From: Candidatus Egerieisoma sp.
GTDB taxonomy: Bacteria > Bacteroidota > Bacteroidia > Bacteroidales > UBA932
NCBI GenBank assembly: GCA_045650045.1
Contig: JAZRQU010000075.1
Span: forward strand, 32,043 to 96,042
Direction: 5' to 3'
DNA: 64,000 bases
How positions within the stretch are numbered: the first letter of the stretch is position 1; every line of letters begins with the position of its first letter. Of the stretch, positions 18,587 to 28,617 are shown one piece after another. The notes beneath the pieces were generated by a model, which was given only the letters and a program-made list of their open reading frames with translations, made no database searches and was not told the DNA's origin. Both the position numbers and the translations under genes were made by a program.

Positions 18587-19867
18587 ATGGGCAAAAAAGG
18601 ATTTGAAAGAAATTTTTGGGTAGCCATTATAATGGAGTTCTTTGAGAGAGGAGCATATTTTGGTGTACTCTCAGTGCTTTCAGTATATCTGATACTCAGT
18701 GGAGAAGAAGGTGGCTTGGGCTTCAGCAAGGCACAGGCAGGAACAATTATGGGAACAATACAGCCACTGCTTTACTTCTTGCCCATCATTGCGGGAGGTA
18801 TTGCAGACCGATACGGATACAGAAGAATCCTGTTCTTTGCATTTACTTGCATTACAGGTGGTTATGCACTTACATCAATTACTGAATCATATATTCCGGT
18901 ATTTGCTTCATTGCTTGTAATGGCGGTTGGTGCCGGATTCTTCAAACCGGTAATATCGGGAACAATTGCAAAATCAACTACCGAGGAGAACTCTACACTC
19001 GGATTTGGTATCTTCTACTGGTCAATCAACCTTGGAGCGTTCCTAGTACCGCTTATCCTGGTTCCAATGCTTAAGGCAAGGGATTACCACAACATTTTCT
19101 ACATGGCAGCTGCAGTGGGATGTATCCTTATGCTTATAAACACATTCTTCTACAGGGAGCCTGCAGCAAACCTTAACAACAAAGCTCAAAGCAAAAGCAT
19201 CAAAGAGCTGCTTATAGGAATTGTACAAGTACTCAAAGACTACAAATTCATCCTTCTCATCTTCCTTTACTCCGGATTCTGGATCCTCTACTTCCAGATG
19301 TACGGTACAGTGCTTTGGTACTTGAAGGAGTATGTAGACATGACCCCAATAGATAACGCAGTTAATTCATTCCTGGGCATCTTTGTAGACAACCCAAGCT
19401 GGAAATTTGATACAGAGCATGTTACAGTAATCAATGCAGGTGTGATCATCTGCCTTCAGCTGATAGTTTCAAAACTTGTACAGAACTGGCCTGCACTTCC
19501 TACCATGATTATGGGTATAGGATGCGGTACACTTGGTATGGCAATCCTCAGCATAGGAGGTTCACCATGGATTTTCATCGTAGGCCTTATGGTATTCACC
19601 CTTGGTGAGATGACAACCCATCCAAAATTCCTTTCATATATTGGAATCATTGCTCCTCCCGACAAAAAGGCACTTTATATGGGATACTCATTCCTTTACG
19701 GAGTAATTGGAAGTTCAATAGGATCTTTCCTTGGTGCAAGCCTATATGTAAGCATTGTGGAGGAGATGGGCAAACCACAGCTTTTGTGGCTGATTTTCAC
19801 CGGAATAGGTATATTGAGCATCGTTGGACTGTTGTTGTATAACAAGTTCATAGCAGCTAAAAAATAA
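18587..19867 (+). CDS. MFS transporter, proton-dependent oligopeptide transporter (POT) family
   Basis: EFFERGAYFG matches the POT ExxER motif; ~12 hydrophobic segments. Confidence 0.8.
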   Translation: MGKKGFERNFWVAIIMEFFERGAYFGVLSVLSVYLILSGEEGGLGFSKAQAGTIMGTIQPLLYFLPIIAGGIADRYGYRRILFFAFTCITGGYALTSITESYIPVFASLLVMAVGAGFFKPVISGTIAKSTTEENSTLGFGIFYWSINLGAFLVPLILVPMLKARDYHNIFYMAAAVGCILMLINTFFYREPAANLNNKAQSKSIKELLIGIVQVLKDYKFILLIFLYSGFWILYFQMYGTVLWYLKEYVDMTPIDNAVNSFLGIFVDNPSWKFDTEHVTVINAGVIICLQLIVSKLVQNWPALPTMIMGIGCGTLGMAILSIGGSPWIFIVGLMVFTLGEMTTHPKFLSYIGIIAPPDKKALYMGYSFLYGVIGSSIGSFLGASLYVSIVEEMGKPQLLWLIFTGIGILSIVGLLLYNKFIAAKK

Positions 19868-19897
19868 TTGTCGGGAAGAAAAATTTCTCAGAATAAA

Positions 19898-21013
19898 ATG
19901 AAAGTTCTTATTGTCTCGGATGCCACCAGCGTGCACACCCAGAGATGGGTGGAAGCCCTTAAAGGAAAAGGGCTGGATATAGTGCTGTACAGCATTGTGC
20001 CGTACAGTGGTGATTTCTATGCGCAACTGGGGGTGAGATGCCACTGCTTTGATCTTTTCAACTACAAAAGGGAGAAGAAAGGGCTGCTTTATCCTGTTAG
20101 GAGGCATCTGCAGGCAGTAAAGGACCTCAAAAAGGTACTGGAGCTGGAAAAACCCCAGTTGCTCCACTCCCACTATGTTACAAGTTACTCGCTTATAGCC
20201 GCGCTGAGCGGATTCCATCCACATATTGAATCGGTTTGGGGAAGTGATGTGTACCTGTATCCAAAAAAATCACCTCTGCACGCAGCAATGGTGAAATTCA
20301 CCCTAGGCAAGGCAGACAAGATACTCTCCACAAGTCATGTAATGGCCAAGGAGACAAGCAAGTACACCAGAAAGGAGATGGAAATTACCCCATTTGGAGT
20401 AGATACTTCCCACTTCAGGAAACTTGAGGTGGAGGAGCTACAAGCAGAAAATACTCCACACAGAAGAAAATTCACCGTAGGGAGTGTAAAAACCCTCCAG
20501 AACAAATACGGCAACGAATACATCATAAGGGCATTTGCCATTGTAGCAGCCAACAACCCTGATATTGAGTGCTCTCTGGAACTTGTAGGTAAGGGTCCCG
20601 ACAGGAAAAAACTGGAAAACCTTGCAGCAGAACTTGGAATAGCGGAGAAAGTGCATTTCAGGGGATTTGTCCCCAATAATCTCCTCCCGCTGGAATTTGC
20701 AAAGTACGATATGGCATGCTATATGTCAAATTCCGAGAGTTTTGGAGTATCTGCTCTTGAGGCAATGGCATGTGAGTGCCCTGTAGTGGCATCAGATGCA
20801 GACGGGTTTACAGAAGTTATAGAAGACGGGGTAAGCGGAATCATAGTTCCCCGCCGTAACCCGGAAGCTGCCGCTGCCGCACTGCAGAAATTCATAGACA
20901 ACCCGCAAATGAAAGAAAAGATGGGCAAGTCTGCAAGAGAGAGGGTATGCAAACTTTATGAATGGGATACCAACGTAAACCAGATGGTAGAAATTTACAG
21001 GAAATTCTCATGA
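19898..21013 (+). CDS. Glycosyltransferase family 4 (GT-B)
   Basis: ORF-track start 19868 is TTG; ATG at 19898 (MKVLIVSDATSVHTQRW). C-terminal SESFGVSALEAMACECPVVASD, an EX7E-type region. Confidence 0.85.
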   Translation: MKVLIVSDATSVHTQRWVEALKGKGLDIVLYSIVPYSGDFYAQLGVRCHCFDLFNYKREKKGLLYPVRRHLQAVKDLKKVLELEKPQLLHSHYVTSYSLIAALSGFHPHIESVWGSDVYLYPKKSPLHAAMVKFTLGKADKILSTSHVMAKETSKYTRKEMEITPFGVDTSHFRKLEVEELQAENTPHRRKFTVGSVKTLQNKYGNEYIIRAFAIVAANNPDIECSLELVGKGPDRKKLENLAAELGIAEKVHFRGFVPNNLLPLEFAKYDMACYMSNSESFGVSALEAMACECPVVASDADGFTEVIEDGVSGIIVPRRNPEAAAAALQKFIDNPQMKEKMGKSARERVCKLYEWDTNVNQMVEIYRKFS

Positions 21014-22467
21014 GCAACAGCACATTAAAGGAAAAGACAGCAAAAGGACTTGGCTGGGGCTTTATAGAGAGCTTTTCCGGCACGGGTCTTACAGCCATAG
21101 TGAGCATCATTCTGGCCAATATCCTTGCACCTGAGCAATTTGGTCTTGTGGGAATGGTTGCAATTTTTGTAACCCTTGGAAACTCCCTAATGGACAGCGG
21201 TTTCAGCGGTGCCCTCATAAGGAAATCAGATGTAACCGACAAGGATCTGAGTACAGTATTCTACACCAACCTTGCCCTTGGAGCAGGTATTTATGCAATA
21301 CTGTACATAATCTCCCCTTGGGTGGCATCATTCCTTGGATATGAGATACTTACCAAACTGTTGAGGGTCCTTTCACTCTCTGTAATCATAGTCTCTTTCA
21401 CCCAGGTGCAGAAGGTAAACTTCATAAGGAAAATAGACTTCAAGACCCAGGCCATCATCTCCCTTATAGCAGCCGTAACAAGCGGCGTTGCCAGTATCTG
21501 GATGGCCCTTACAGGTTGGGGCGTATGGGCACTTGTAGCACAACAGCTATCCAAACAGGCAATGATATCAATCCTCCTTTGGGTATTCTCAAGCTGGAAA
21601 CCTTCGCTGGTATTCTCGGTAAGGAGTTTCAGGGAGATGTTCAATTTTGGAAGCAAACTCCTTGCAAGTTCACTTATAAGCACTGTCTGGAACGAGATCT
21701 ACTCTTTTGTAATTGGCAAAATGTACAACCCGGTTCAGGTTGGATATTTTGTAAGGGCAGACAAGTTCAAGAGCCTCGTAACACAGAACATAGGCCAGGT
21801 AGTGCAGAAAGTGGGATACCCAGTAATGAGCACCATCCAGGATGACCCTACAAGGCAAGTGAGGGTATACAGCAGAATAGTCCGCCTTACCATGCTCATT
21901 ACCTGCACATTGGTAATGGGACTCCTCGGTTGTGCAGAATCCATGATTCATGTGCTCATAGGTGAACAATGGCTCCCAAGTGTGCCGTACTTGAGACTGC
22001 TTGGACTGTCGGGATTATTCTTGCCGCTAATTCTTGCCAGTGTGAATGTATTCAATGCCAACGGCAAATCGGAGGTAACACTCAAACTTGAAGTGATAAA
22101 GACCCTTCTGGCTGCCATTCCGGTAACCTTGGGTATAATTTATGACATAAACATGATGCTATGGGGAATGGTTGCCGTATCGGCCCTCTCCTACCTGGTA
22201 CATGCATGGTATGTTTCCAAAGAGATCCCTTACTCTTTAGTCCGTCAGGTAGCAGATATTATACCGTTCTTCGCATGTTCTGCCATTATGGGTGGAGTGG
22301 TATATGTGATTGGCAATGCAATTGAATTGTCACCGCTGCTAACCTTGCTTGTGCAGTTAGCTGCAGGATTTGTGATTACCGTAATTTCATACGAATTTAT
22401 CTACAGGGCAGAAGAATACAGATACATCAGAAACCAGGCCCTTAAAGTACTTAAACTTAAGAAATGA
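21010..22467 (+). CDS. Polysaccharide flippase (Wzx-like, MOP superfamily)
   Basis: ATG at 21010 overlaps the GT4 stop (ATGA). Multiple TM segments; typical N-terminus KGLGWGFIESFSGTG. Confidence 0.8.
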   Translation: MSNSTLKEKTAKGLGWGFIESFSGTGLTAIVSIILANILAPEQFGLVGMVAIFVTLGNSLMDSGFSGALIRKSDVTDKDLSTVFYTNLALGAGIYAILYIISPWVASFLGYEILTKLLRVLSLSVIIVSFTQVQKVNFIRKIDFKTQAIISLIAAVTSGVASIWMALTGWGVWALVAQQLSKQAMISILLWVFSSWKPSLVFSVRSFREMFNFGSKLLASSLISTVWNEIYSFVIGKMYNPVQVGYFVRADKFKSLVTQNIGQVVQKVGYPVMSTIQDDPTRQVRVYSRIVRLTMLITCTLVMGLLGCAESMIHVLIGEQWLPSVPYLRLLGLSGLFLPLILASVNVFNANGKSEVTLKLEVIKTLLAAIPVTLGIIYDINMMLWGMVAVSALSYLVHAWYVSKEIPYSLVRQVADIIPFFACSAIMGGVVYVIGNAIELSPLLTLLVQLAAGFVITVISYEFIYRAEEYRYIRNQALKVLKLKK

Positions 22468-23279
22468 GCAGAAAACTCTCCATAATAATAGTCAACTACA
22501 ACTCCAAAGGGATGCTGAAAGATTGCCTTGCCAGCATCCAGCAGCACCTTACTGTTGATTATGAGGTAATTGTAGTGGACAATGACTCTACCGACAATTC
22601 CATAGCCCTTTGCAGTGAATTTGAATCCCTTGAGAGGTTCAAAATTATCCGTGCAGCCGAGAATATGGGGTTTGCCAAAGGTTGCAACGTAGGAGCAGAC
22701 GCCTCCCGCGGAGAGATTCTCCATTTCCTTAACCCAGACACTGCCCTTCAACAAGGAGCAGACTCAGACTACGAGAAGGTATTTCTTAATCCCGACAAAG
22801 TATATGTAACTCCCCTTTTCAACCGCGACGGCTCAGTAGAAAACGCCCGCATGGAGATCCCGTTCCTGAAGGAGATATTCCTGTGGAACACCTGCCGAAG
22901 CAAAGCCAAATACTGGTGCAGAGGTGCATCTGTAATAATTTCAAGAGAAAACTTTGAAAAAGTAGGCCGCTGGAGCGAGGACTACTTCATATACGGTGAG
23001 GATATGGATCTGTTCTACTCATTCTGGAAGCACAATCTGGAAATCATCACTCTTGAAGTACCCGTATTCCACTACGGCGGCGGCTGCAGCCAGAATGTAT
23101 GGAGCAACCTGCAGCGCGAAATCATTGTGCAGAAATCCTTCCGCCGCTTCTTCCGCAGACACTCAAACATGCTGCACTATACTCTTGTGAAGATGTATTA
23201 TCTGATGTTCAATCTTATAAAGCATCCCAGCAGAGTACATACAGATATAAAAGCACTGATAAAATCTTTTGAAAAATAA
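22464..23279 (+). CDS. Glycosyltransferase family 2
   Basis: LSIIIVNYNS and VVDNDSTD GT-A motifs; 4-nt overlap with the flippase gene. Confidence 0.85.
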   Translation: MSRKLSIIIVNYNSKGMLKDCLASIQQHLTVDYEVIVVDNDSTDNSIALCSEFESLERFKIIRAAENMGFAKGCNVGADASRGEILHFLNPDTALQQGADSDYEKVFLNPDKVYVTPLFNRDGSVENARMEIPFLKEIFLWNTCRSKAKYWCRGASVIISRENFEKVGRWSEDYFIYGEDMDLFYSFWKHNLEIITLEVPVFHYGGGCSQNVWSNLQREIIVQKSFRRFFRRHSNMLHYTLVKMYYLMFNLIKHPSRVHTDIKALIKSFEK

Positions 23280-23290
23280 ATCTTCATATT

Positions 23291-24448
23291 ATGAACAACA
23301 AATTAAAAAAACAGATAAGCAAAGCAAAAAATATAATTGGAAGTGCAGCCTTCGGCATGATAATCACAGTTTTTATTTTTATGTATGAAACAAATCAGAA
23401 TACTGAAGAAACTGCTAAAATTGTAGATAATCTTACACAGATACAATATTCATTATCAACAAGGTATCTGGGTATTTTTCCCGAATACCTTGGAGGTATA
23501 AATGAGCTGCTTCATGAGGCAAATGAACATCATAAAACACATGAAACTAAAGATTCTGTTATCATATGCGAGGATGTTTTATACTATGGAGTACGCCGTG
23601 ATATGGCCGGATTTCAGGAGATGTTGAAAAATCTCACACTGCTATCTAGGGAAAATGTAAGCATAACCATTGCATTCTACGATATAAAAGGGGAACCTTT
23701 TAAAGAAATGATAAAAAACGGACAAATTTCTTCTGAAAACCAAAGTAAATACAACAATGAATTTACCACATACAAGAATCGTATAGAAGAGTTGAGGGAA
23801 TTCAGGAGAAATTTACCCAAGAATTTATCAAAAGAAGAATCTGATGCCATTATACAAAAAAAGATTAATGAAAATTTCAACAACTATCTCAAAAATACAA
23901 ATGGATTGAGCACCGAAAAACTGAGGTACAATCTTTATAATGAAGCATACATAGATTCAATATTATGTGAAAAATATTATAACCTTACGCGTTCAAATGA
24001 CAGCGACAAGTTTTCTAACAAGATAAAGGCCCTGCTCAGGCCATTGCCAAAATATGAAAATGCAACAGATGATGTAACATCAGGACTGAACAAACTGTAC
24101 TACAGTCTTGACAGCACAGCCAGAACTTACTTACAAAAGCCAATTGACAAGATATCTTATCATGATTTGGAATCAATGTACAAAAATTATTCAATACTGA
24201 TATTCAACTATTTAAAAGATCAGCCCAACATTGAACTTATTCAACTCCGTGAAGATATTGCCATGTGCTGTTGGATGAACATCCTAAACGGCAAAAGTAA
24301 AGCCATTATTGCTTTCCCAAGCAAATATTCTACTGATGAAATTGGTTTTATTTCTCAGGACGAGGCATTTTCCAAATATATCCTCACAATGCTGTCGGGA
24401 ATAAAGTTGACTCACGAGATACACTCTAAAGAGAGAAGCAAGTCTTAG
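23291..24448 (+). CDS. Hypothetical membrane-anchored protein (single N-terminal TM), AT-rich orphan
   Basis: Long uninterrupted ORF; N-terminal hydrophobic segment GSAAFGMIITVFIFMY. No motif recognised. Confidence 0.65.
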   Translation: MNNKLKKQISKAKNIIGSAAFGMIITVFIFMYETNQNTEETAKIVDNLTQIQYSLSTRYLGIFPEYLGGINELLHEANEHHKTHETKDSVIICEDVLYYGVRRDMAGFQEMLKNLTLLSRENVSITIAFYDIKGEPFKEMIKNGQISSENQSKYNNEFTTYKNRIEELREFRRNLPKNLSKEESDAIIQKKINENFNNYLKNTNGLSTEKLRYNLYNEAYIDSILCEKYYNLTRSNDSDKFSNKIKALLRPLPKYENATDDVTSGLNKLYYSLDSTARTYLQKPIDKISYHDLESMYKNYSILIFNYLKDQPNIELIQLREDIAMCCWMNILNGKSKAIIAFPSKYSTDEIGFISQDEAFSKYILTMLSGIKLTHEIHSKERSKS

Positions 24449-25392
24449 AACATCTTCCTGCGTCTGAAAAGGAACGAAGCAATACCTACGGAAACAAGCA
24501 TCACACCTACAACCATAAGGAAATCCCATTTCTGATTGAAGATAGGGAGACCTATATTCATACCAAAGATACCTGAAATGAGGGTTGGCGGCATGAAAAG
24601 CAATGAAACGTAGGTAAGGATCTTCATGATTTTGTTCTGGTCCAGGTTGATAAGACCCAGCACAGTGTTCTGAAGATACTCAAGACGCTCAAAGTTGAAG
24701 TTGGTATGGTTAAGAAGTGAGGCAATATCCTTAACAAGCACATTCAGTTTTGAATGCACATCACGTGGGAACTTGTCACTCTTTAGGATAGAGGAAATCA
24801 TTCTCTGCTTATCAATGATGTTCTCCCTTACCATCATGGTATTCTCCTGCAACTGATTGATATCCAAAAGGAAGTCTTCGCTCACAGTTTCGCCTGCACT
24901 TACGCTTTTGCTGAACTGTGCAATCTCCTTGGCCATGAGCTCAATCATATCCGCATCCAAGTCGATTCGGTTCTCAAGGATTGCAACAAGAATATGGTAG
25001 CCGGTAGGATACAATTTGTAGGAAACACCAATCCTTCTCTGCATATCTGTAAAAGTACGCAAAGGGACCTGTCTGATTGTTACCAGTATACCCTCCGAGA
25101 TGATGAACGACACTGCCTCCATTGAGTAGCTGTCGGGACCAGGAATAAGGAAGTTGGTATTGGCAAAAATTGTTGTGTCGGTTTCTGAATATCGCGATGA
25201 ACTCTCAATCTCCTCCGCTTGAGCACGGCTCTGAAGAGTTGTTTCCAAAAAGGCCTCAACACCCCTTTTTTCGTCGCCTGTTGGCTCAAAGAGGTCTATC
25301 CAAAGAACATCATCAAAACCAAGCTCATCCAAATAAGCAATGTCCTGTGATGTTATAATCTGTCCTTTTGATTTGTAGAAAATCTCAATCAT
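24445..25392 (-). CDS. corA: Magnesium/cobalt transporter CorA
   Basis: GMN signature (GIFGMNIG) before the last TM; 315 aa. Confidence 0.9.
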   Translation of the reverse strand: MIEIFYKSKGQIITSQDIAYLDELGFDDVLWIDLFEPTGDEKRGVEAFLETTLQSRAQAEEIESSSRYSETDTTIFANTNFLIPGPDSYSMEAVSFIISEGILVTIRQVPLRTFTDMQRRIGVSYKLYPTGYHILVAILENRIDLDADMIELMAKEIAQFSKSVSAGETVSEDFLLDINQLQENTMMVRENIIDKQRMISSILKSDKFPRDVHSKLNVLVKDIASLLNHTNFNFERLEYLQNTVLGLINLDQNKIMKILTYVSLLFMPPTLISGIFGMNIGLPIFNQKWDFLMVVGVMLVSVGIASFLFRRRKMF

Positions 25393-25470
25393 AGCTCAAG
25401 TTTTGGGACAATTTGGAAAAATATCCTACAAAATTAGTACAAAATGATTACAATTGCAAAAGTGCAAGTA

Positions 25471-25501
25471 ATAAAAAGGGCGGGAATCAGAAAACCCGCC
25501 C
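25471..25501 (-). terminator. Intrinsic terminator after pnuC (GGGCGGG / CCCGCCC stem followed by a T-tract on the minus strand)
   Basis: Stem arms at 25478-25484 and 25495-25501; A5 on the plus strand at 25473-25477. Confidence 0.65.
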
Positions 25502-25505
25502 AAAT

Positions 25506-26129
25506 TTATTGAATTCTTACCCCTTTACGCTTCCAGTGCAGATAGCCGTAGATGGAGGCCACTGCATTAACAAAATAGAGAAAAGCTGTAGGATAAAGTC
25601 CAATCCGCAGACACATGGTAACAGTGAATGTGTTCACAACCAGCCAGGCCAGCCACTGCTCCCTGTAGGATTTTGAAAGCCAGAAAGTTGCAATGGCACT
25701 TACTACAGTAATTGAACTGTCTGCAAAAGGCATTGGATCATCAGTATATTTGCCAAGTACCAGCACCATGAAAGATACCACCGCAGCGTAAATAAGCACA
25801 CTGAACAACAGCACTTTAAATGGCATTTTACGGTAAATTATCTGTGAAGTATCTGACTCAGTGACACCTTGCAGGCTTGCCTCCCCTGTTCCGGCCAAGA
25901 GTTTATCCTTCCCCCACTGCAAAAATCCATAAATGCTCACCAGTACATAATAAATCTGGAAACTCATGGAAGCATAAACCTCCTGCTGCCAATAAACCAC
26001 AGCATACACAGCAGCCATAAGGAAACCCACAAGCCACATCCCCTTCTTCTGCACAATCTCAAGATAGAGGTAAATGAATCCGAATACTACTCCAAAAAGT
26101 TCTAAAAGCATAAAAGTTCTTTTGTACAA
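25506..26129 (-). CDS. pnuC: PnuC-family vitamin transporter, probably the thiamine-specific PnuT subtype
   Basis: 207 aa, ~7 TM with Trp-rich PnuC-like segments. Lies 2 nt downstream of a TonB receptor gene that is preceded by a TPP riboswitch. Confidence 0.8.
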   Translation of the reverse strand: MYKRTFMLLELFGVVFGFIYLYLEIVQKKGMWLVGFLMAAVYAVVYWQQEVYASMSFQIYYVLVSIYGFLQWGKDKLLAGTGEASLQGVTESDTSQIIYRKMPFKVLLFSVLIYAAVVSFMVLVLGKYTDDPMPFADSSITVVSAIATFWLSKSYREQWLAWLVVNTFTVTMCLRIGLYPTAFLYFVNAVASIYGYLHWKRKGVRIQ

Positions 26130-26131
26130 AA

Positions 26132-28366
26132 TTAAAAATTATAACTCACCTTAAGCATGTAATTTACAGGTGCTTGCGCATAAAGCCCTTTCTCAACATA
26201 GGCATCGGAGCCGTCTGCAAAATGGGCCTGATAAATCCATCCGTAAGACCAGTATTTGTTGTTGAGCAGATTATCAATACTCAACGCCACATTCAACGCC
26301 CTTTCATTCTCTCCTATCCTGAAATTTCTGGAAACATTCAGTGCCGACACAAAATAAGAAGGGACCTCAGAGACCTTTGAATTCAAATTGTCCATATATT
26401 GCTTCCCGACAAATTTTCCATTTAGGCTGCATTCAAACCCACAACCCGGACGGGCTCTCAACTGAAGCATTCCAATCACTTCAGGGGAAAGGATAAGATT
26501 TGTCTTCTTGAAGAAAATCTCCTTCTGCGGAAGTGGATTCCAGTTCTGGGGATTATCATAAGTATCCACGCATGCGGTGTAGTCAAGTGCCTTGTTCTGT
26601 GATAGGGTAATGTTTCCCTCAAGGGTGAAAATGCGGCTGAGGTTCCAGGCTGCAGCCAACTCCACTCCCCTACGGTAACTGTGTGGAATATTCTCCTTAA
26701 TTACATAACCTACATCGGTAAGGCGGCCTGTAGCTACCAACTGGTCTTTGTATTCCATCAAATACATATTTGCAGAAAAGGCAAACTTCTCAGTATTAAG
26801 GCGGTAACCGAGTTCTATATCTACCAGTTGTTCGGCTTTAAGTTTATCTGCAGAGGCAGATTTGATGCTCTCCTTAATATCACTTCTGCTTGGCTCCCTG
26901 TGGGCAATTGCCACTGAAGCATAGATTCTGCTGTTGTCCCCGGGAGCATAGGTAAAACCAGCCTTTGGATTGAAGAAATTGTAGTTTTTCTTCCAGTTGA
27001 GGACTGCAAAATCCTTGTCGGGACCATCCAATTTATAAGAAACTCCCCTATACTGGAAATCTGCAAAAATTGTCAATTTGTGGGTAGGATTCCACTCGGC
27101 ACGTGCATAAGTGCTGAAATCTTTCTTAAGACCATTGTTTTTATACCAGCGGAAAGGCTCCTCTACTGTTGTGTGCTTGCACCAAAGGACATCTCCAAAA
27201 TGGTTTCCGTCATAGTAGCCGTAAGAGACTGCTGCTGAAGCCTTAAGAGTATTTGATGAATAATTGATATCCGTATTAAGCGCATAATAATCGTTTAACA
27301 TCGCCTGTTGGATAATGAAATCGCTCTTTGTTACAGAGGCATCGGGTGCCTGCATACCATATTTTGAAAACTTGGTATCTGCCTTGTAATTCTCATAGTA
27401 ACCGTCACCTCTGGTATAGTTCAAAGAGGTACTCCACTCAAGAGATTCATTGAACCTATGAGCATACCTGGCCTGCAGATGGTGCTGGGTATAATTGTCG
27501 GTCTCATTATCGTAGTAATGTACATTCCCCTGCTCATCATAATACTCTCCTGCAATATTGTAAGTGCGGTCAATATCATACATCTGCGGAGAGATTCCTT
27601 CCCATGTAATTCCTGTACACTGGTCTCCGTAAATGTAAGTGAGGCTCAAATCTCCCTTGTCTGTACGCAATCCGGCTATGGTATATAGAGAGTTGAGATC
27701 CGCCTTGGCATTCCTTATATAACCGTCTGATGTGCCGTGCGAATACACCACATTAAAATACAATCCCTGTTTGCCAATTCCCGTTGCCGCCGCCACCGAA
27801 CTGAGGTAAGTATTGTACGACCCCAAACTGAACGTTGCTGATGCTGAGGGAGTTGTACAAAGAGACGACGTAACTATAGAAACTATAGACAAATTGGCAC
27901 CAAAAGCGCCGGATCCTGCGGCAGAAGTTCCAACTCCGCGCTCCAACTGTACTGAGCTGGTGAACTGGTGAATGGAAGGCATGTTTACCCAGAAAACCTT
28001 CTGGCTCTCCGAGTCATTCATAGAAATGCCGTTCAAAGTAACATTGGTTCTGGTATCATCTGTTCCGCGGACAGAAAAATTGCTGTAGCCAAGACCAAGA
28101 CCTCCCTCGGTAGTAGCCACAACAGAAGGCTGAAGTGCCAGCATCATAGGAAGCGAATGGGAAGCGTTCTCCTTACGCATCTTGTAACCGCTCACCTCGG
28201 TATAAGTTACAGGGGTGTTTGTCCCTGCCCTATGGGCCTGAACAACAATAGAATCAAGACGATGATTGTCTGATAAAGTGTCGGAAGGCTGTTGCAATTG
28301 CTTCTGAACTGCAAAGCCCCACATTGGGAAAAATAAAATCCCGCAAAAAAGCATTAATTTTATCAT
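26132..28366 (-). CDS. TonB-dependent outer-membrane receptor (thiamine-regulated)
   Basis: Signal peptide, plug region, long beta-barrel ending in the aromatic terminus YMLKVSYNF. TPP riboswitch in the 5' leader. Confidence 0.9.
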   Translation of the reverse strand: MIKLMLFCGILFFPMWGFAVQKQLQQPSDTLSDNHRLDSIVVQAHRAGTNTPVTYTEVSGYKMRKENASHSLPMMLALQPSVVATTEGGLGLGYSNFSVRGTDDTRTNVTLNGISMNDSESQKVFWVNMPSIHQFTSSVQLERGVGTSAAGSGAFGANLSIVSIVTSSLCTTPSASATFSLGSYNTYLSSVAAATGIGKQGLYFNVVYSHGTSDGYIRNAKADLNSLYTIAGLRTDKGDLSLTYIYGDQCTGITWEGISPQMYDIDRTYNIAGEYYDEQGNVHYYDNETDNYTQHHLQARYAHRFNESLEWSTSLNYTRGDGYYENYKADTKFSKYGMQAPDASVTKSDFIIQQAMLNDYYALNTDINYSSNTLKASAAVSYGYYDGNHFGDVLWCKHTTVEEPFRWYKNNGLKKDFSTYARAEWNPTHKLTIFADFQYRGVSYKLDGPDKDFAVLNWKKNYNFFNPKAGFTYAPGDNSRIYASVAIAHREPSRSDIKESIKSASADKLKAEQLVDIELGYRLNTEKFAFSANMYLMEYKDQLVATGRLTDVGYVIKENIPHSYRRGVELAAAWNLSRIFTLEGNITLSQNKALDYTACVDTYDNPQNWNPLPQKEIFFKKTNLILSPEVIGMLQLRARPGCGFECSLNGKFVGKQYMDNLNSKVSEVPSYFVSALNVSRNFRIGENERALNVALSIDNLLNNKYWSYGWIYQAHFADGSDAYVEKGLYAQAPVNYMLKVSYNF

Positions 28367-28439
28367 AAAATTACTGTTTTTTATGCAGGAGGGTGTCTTA
28401 ATAAGACTCTATAAACCAACTGTAGAAGATGTGGAATTT

Positions 28440-28518
28440 TCCACGCTTTCCCTACGGCGGTACTAACCGCATCAGGTTTAAAGGGTATAATCTCAGCCGA
28501 ATGGCACCCCCAAGCAAA
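28440..28518 (-). promoter_or_regulatory. TPP (THI-box) riboswitch
   Basis: The minus-strand read is GCTTGGGGGTGCCATTCGGCTGAGATTATACCCTTTAAACCTGATGCGGTTAGTACCGCCGTAGGGAAAGC. It carries the THI-box core (GGGGTGC, CTGAGA, ACCC, AACCTGAT, GGTTAGTACC, GGGA) with P1 GCTT/AAGC, ~78 nt upstream of the receptor ATG. Confidence 0.85.
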
Positions 28519-28532
28519 ATGTTAATAAATGC

Positions 28533-28552
28533 TGTCGGGATTATTCCCGACA
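28533..28552. repeat. Palindromic hairpin TGTCGGGA-TTAT-TCCCGACA (member of the CTGTCGGG motif family)
   Basis: Read directly. It lies between the glutaminyl cyclase stop and the riboswitch, so it is a possible terminator for the cyclase operon. Confidence 0.6.
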
Positions 28553-28617
28553 AAATCTTCTGCAATTTCTTGCAAACTCTGCTGCAAATCTACAACATTT
28601 CTGCAAAATTGCAACAA

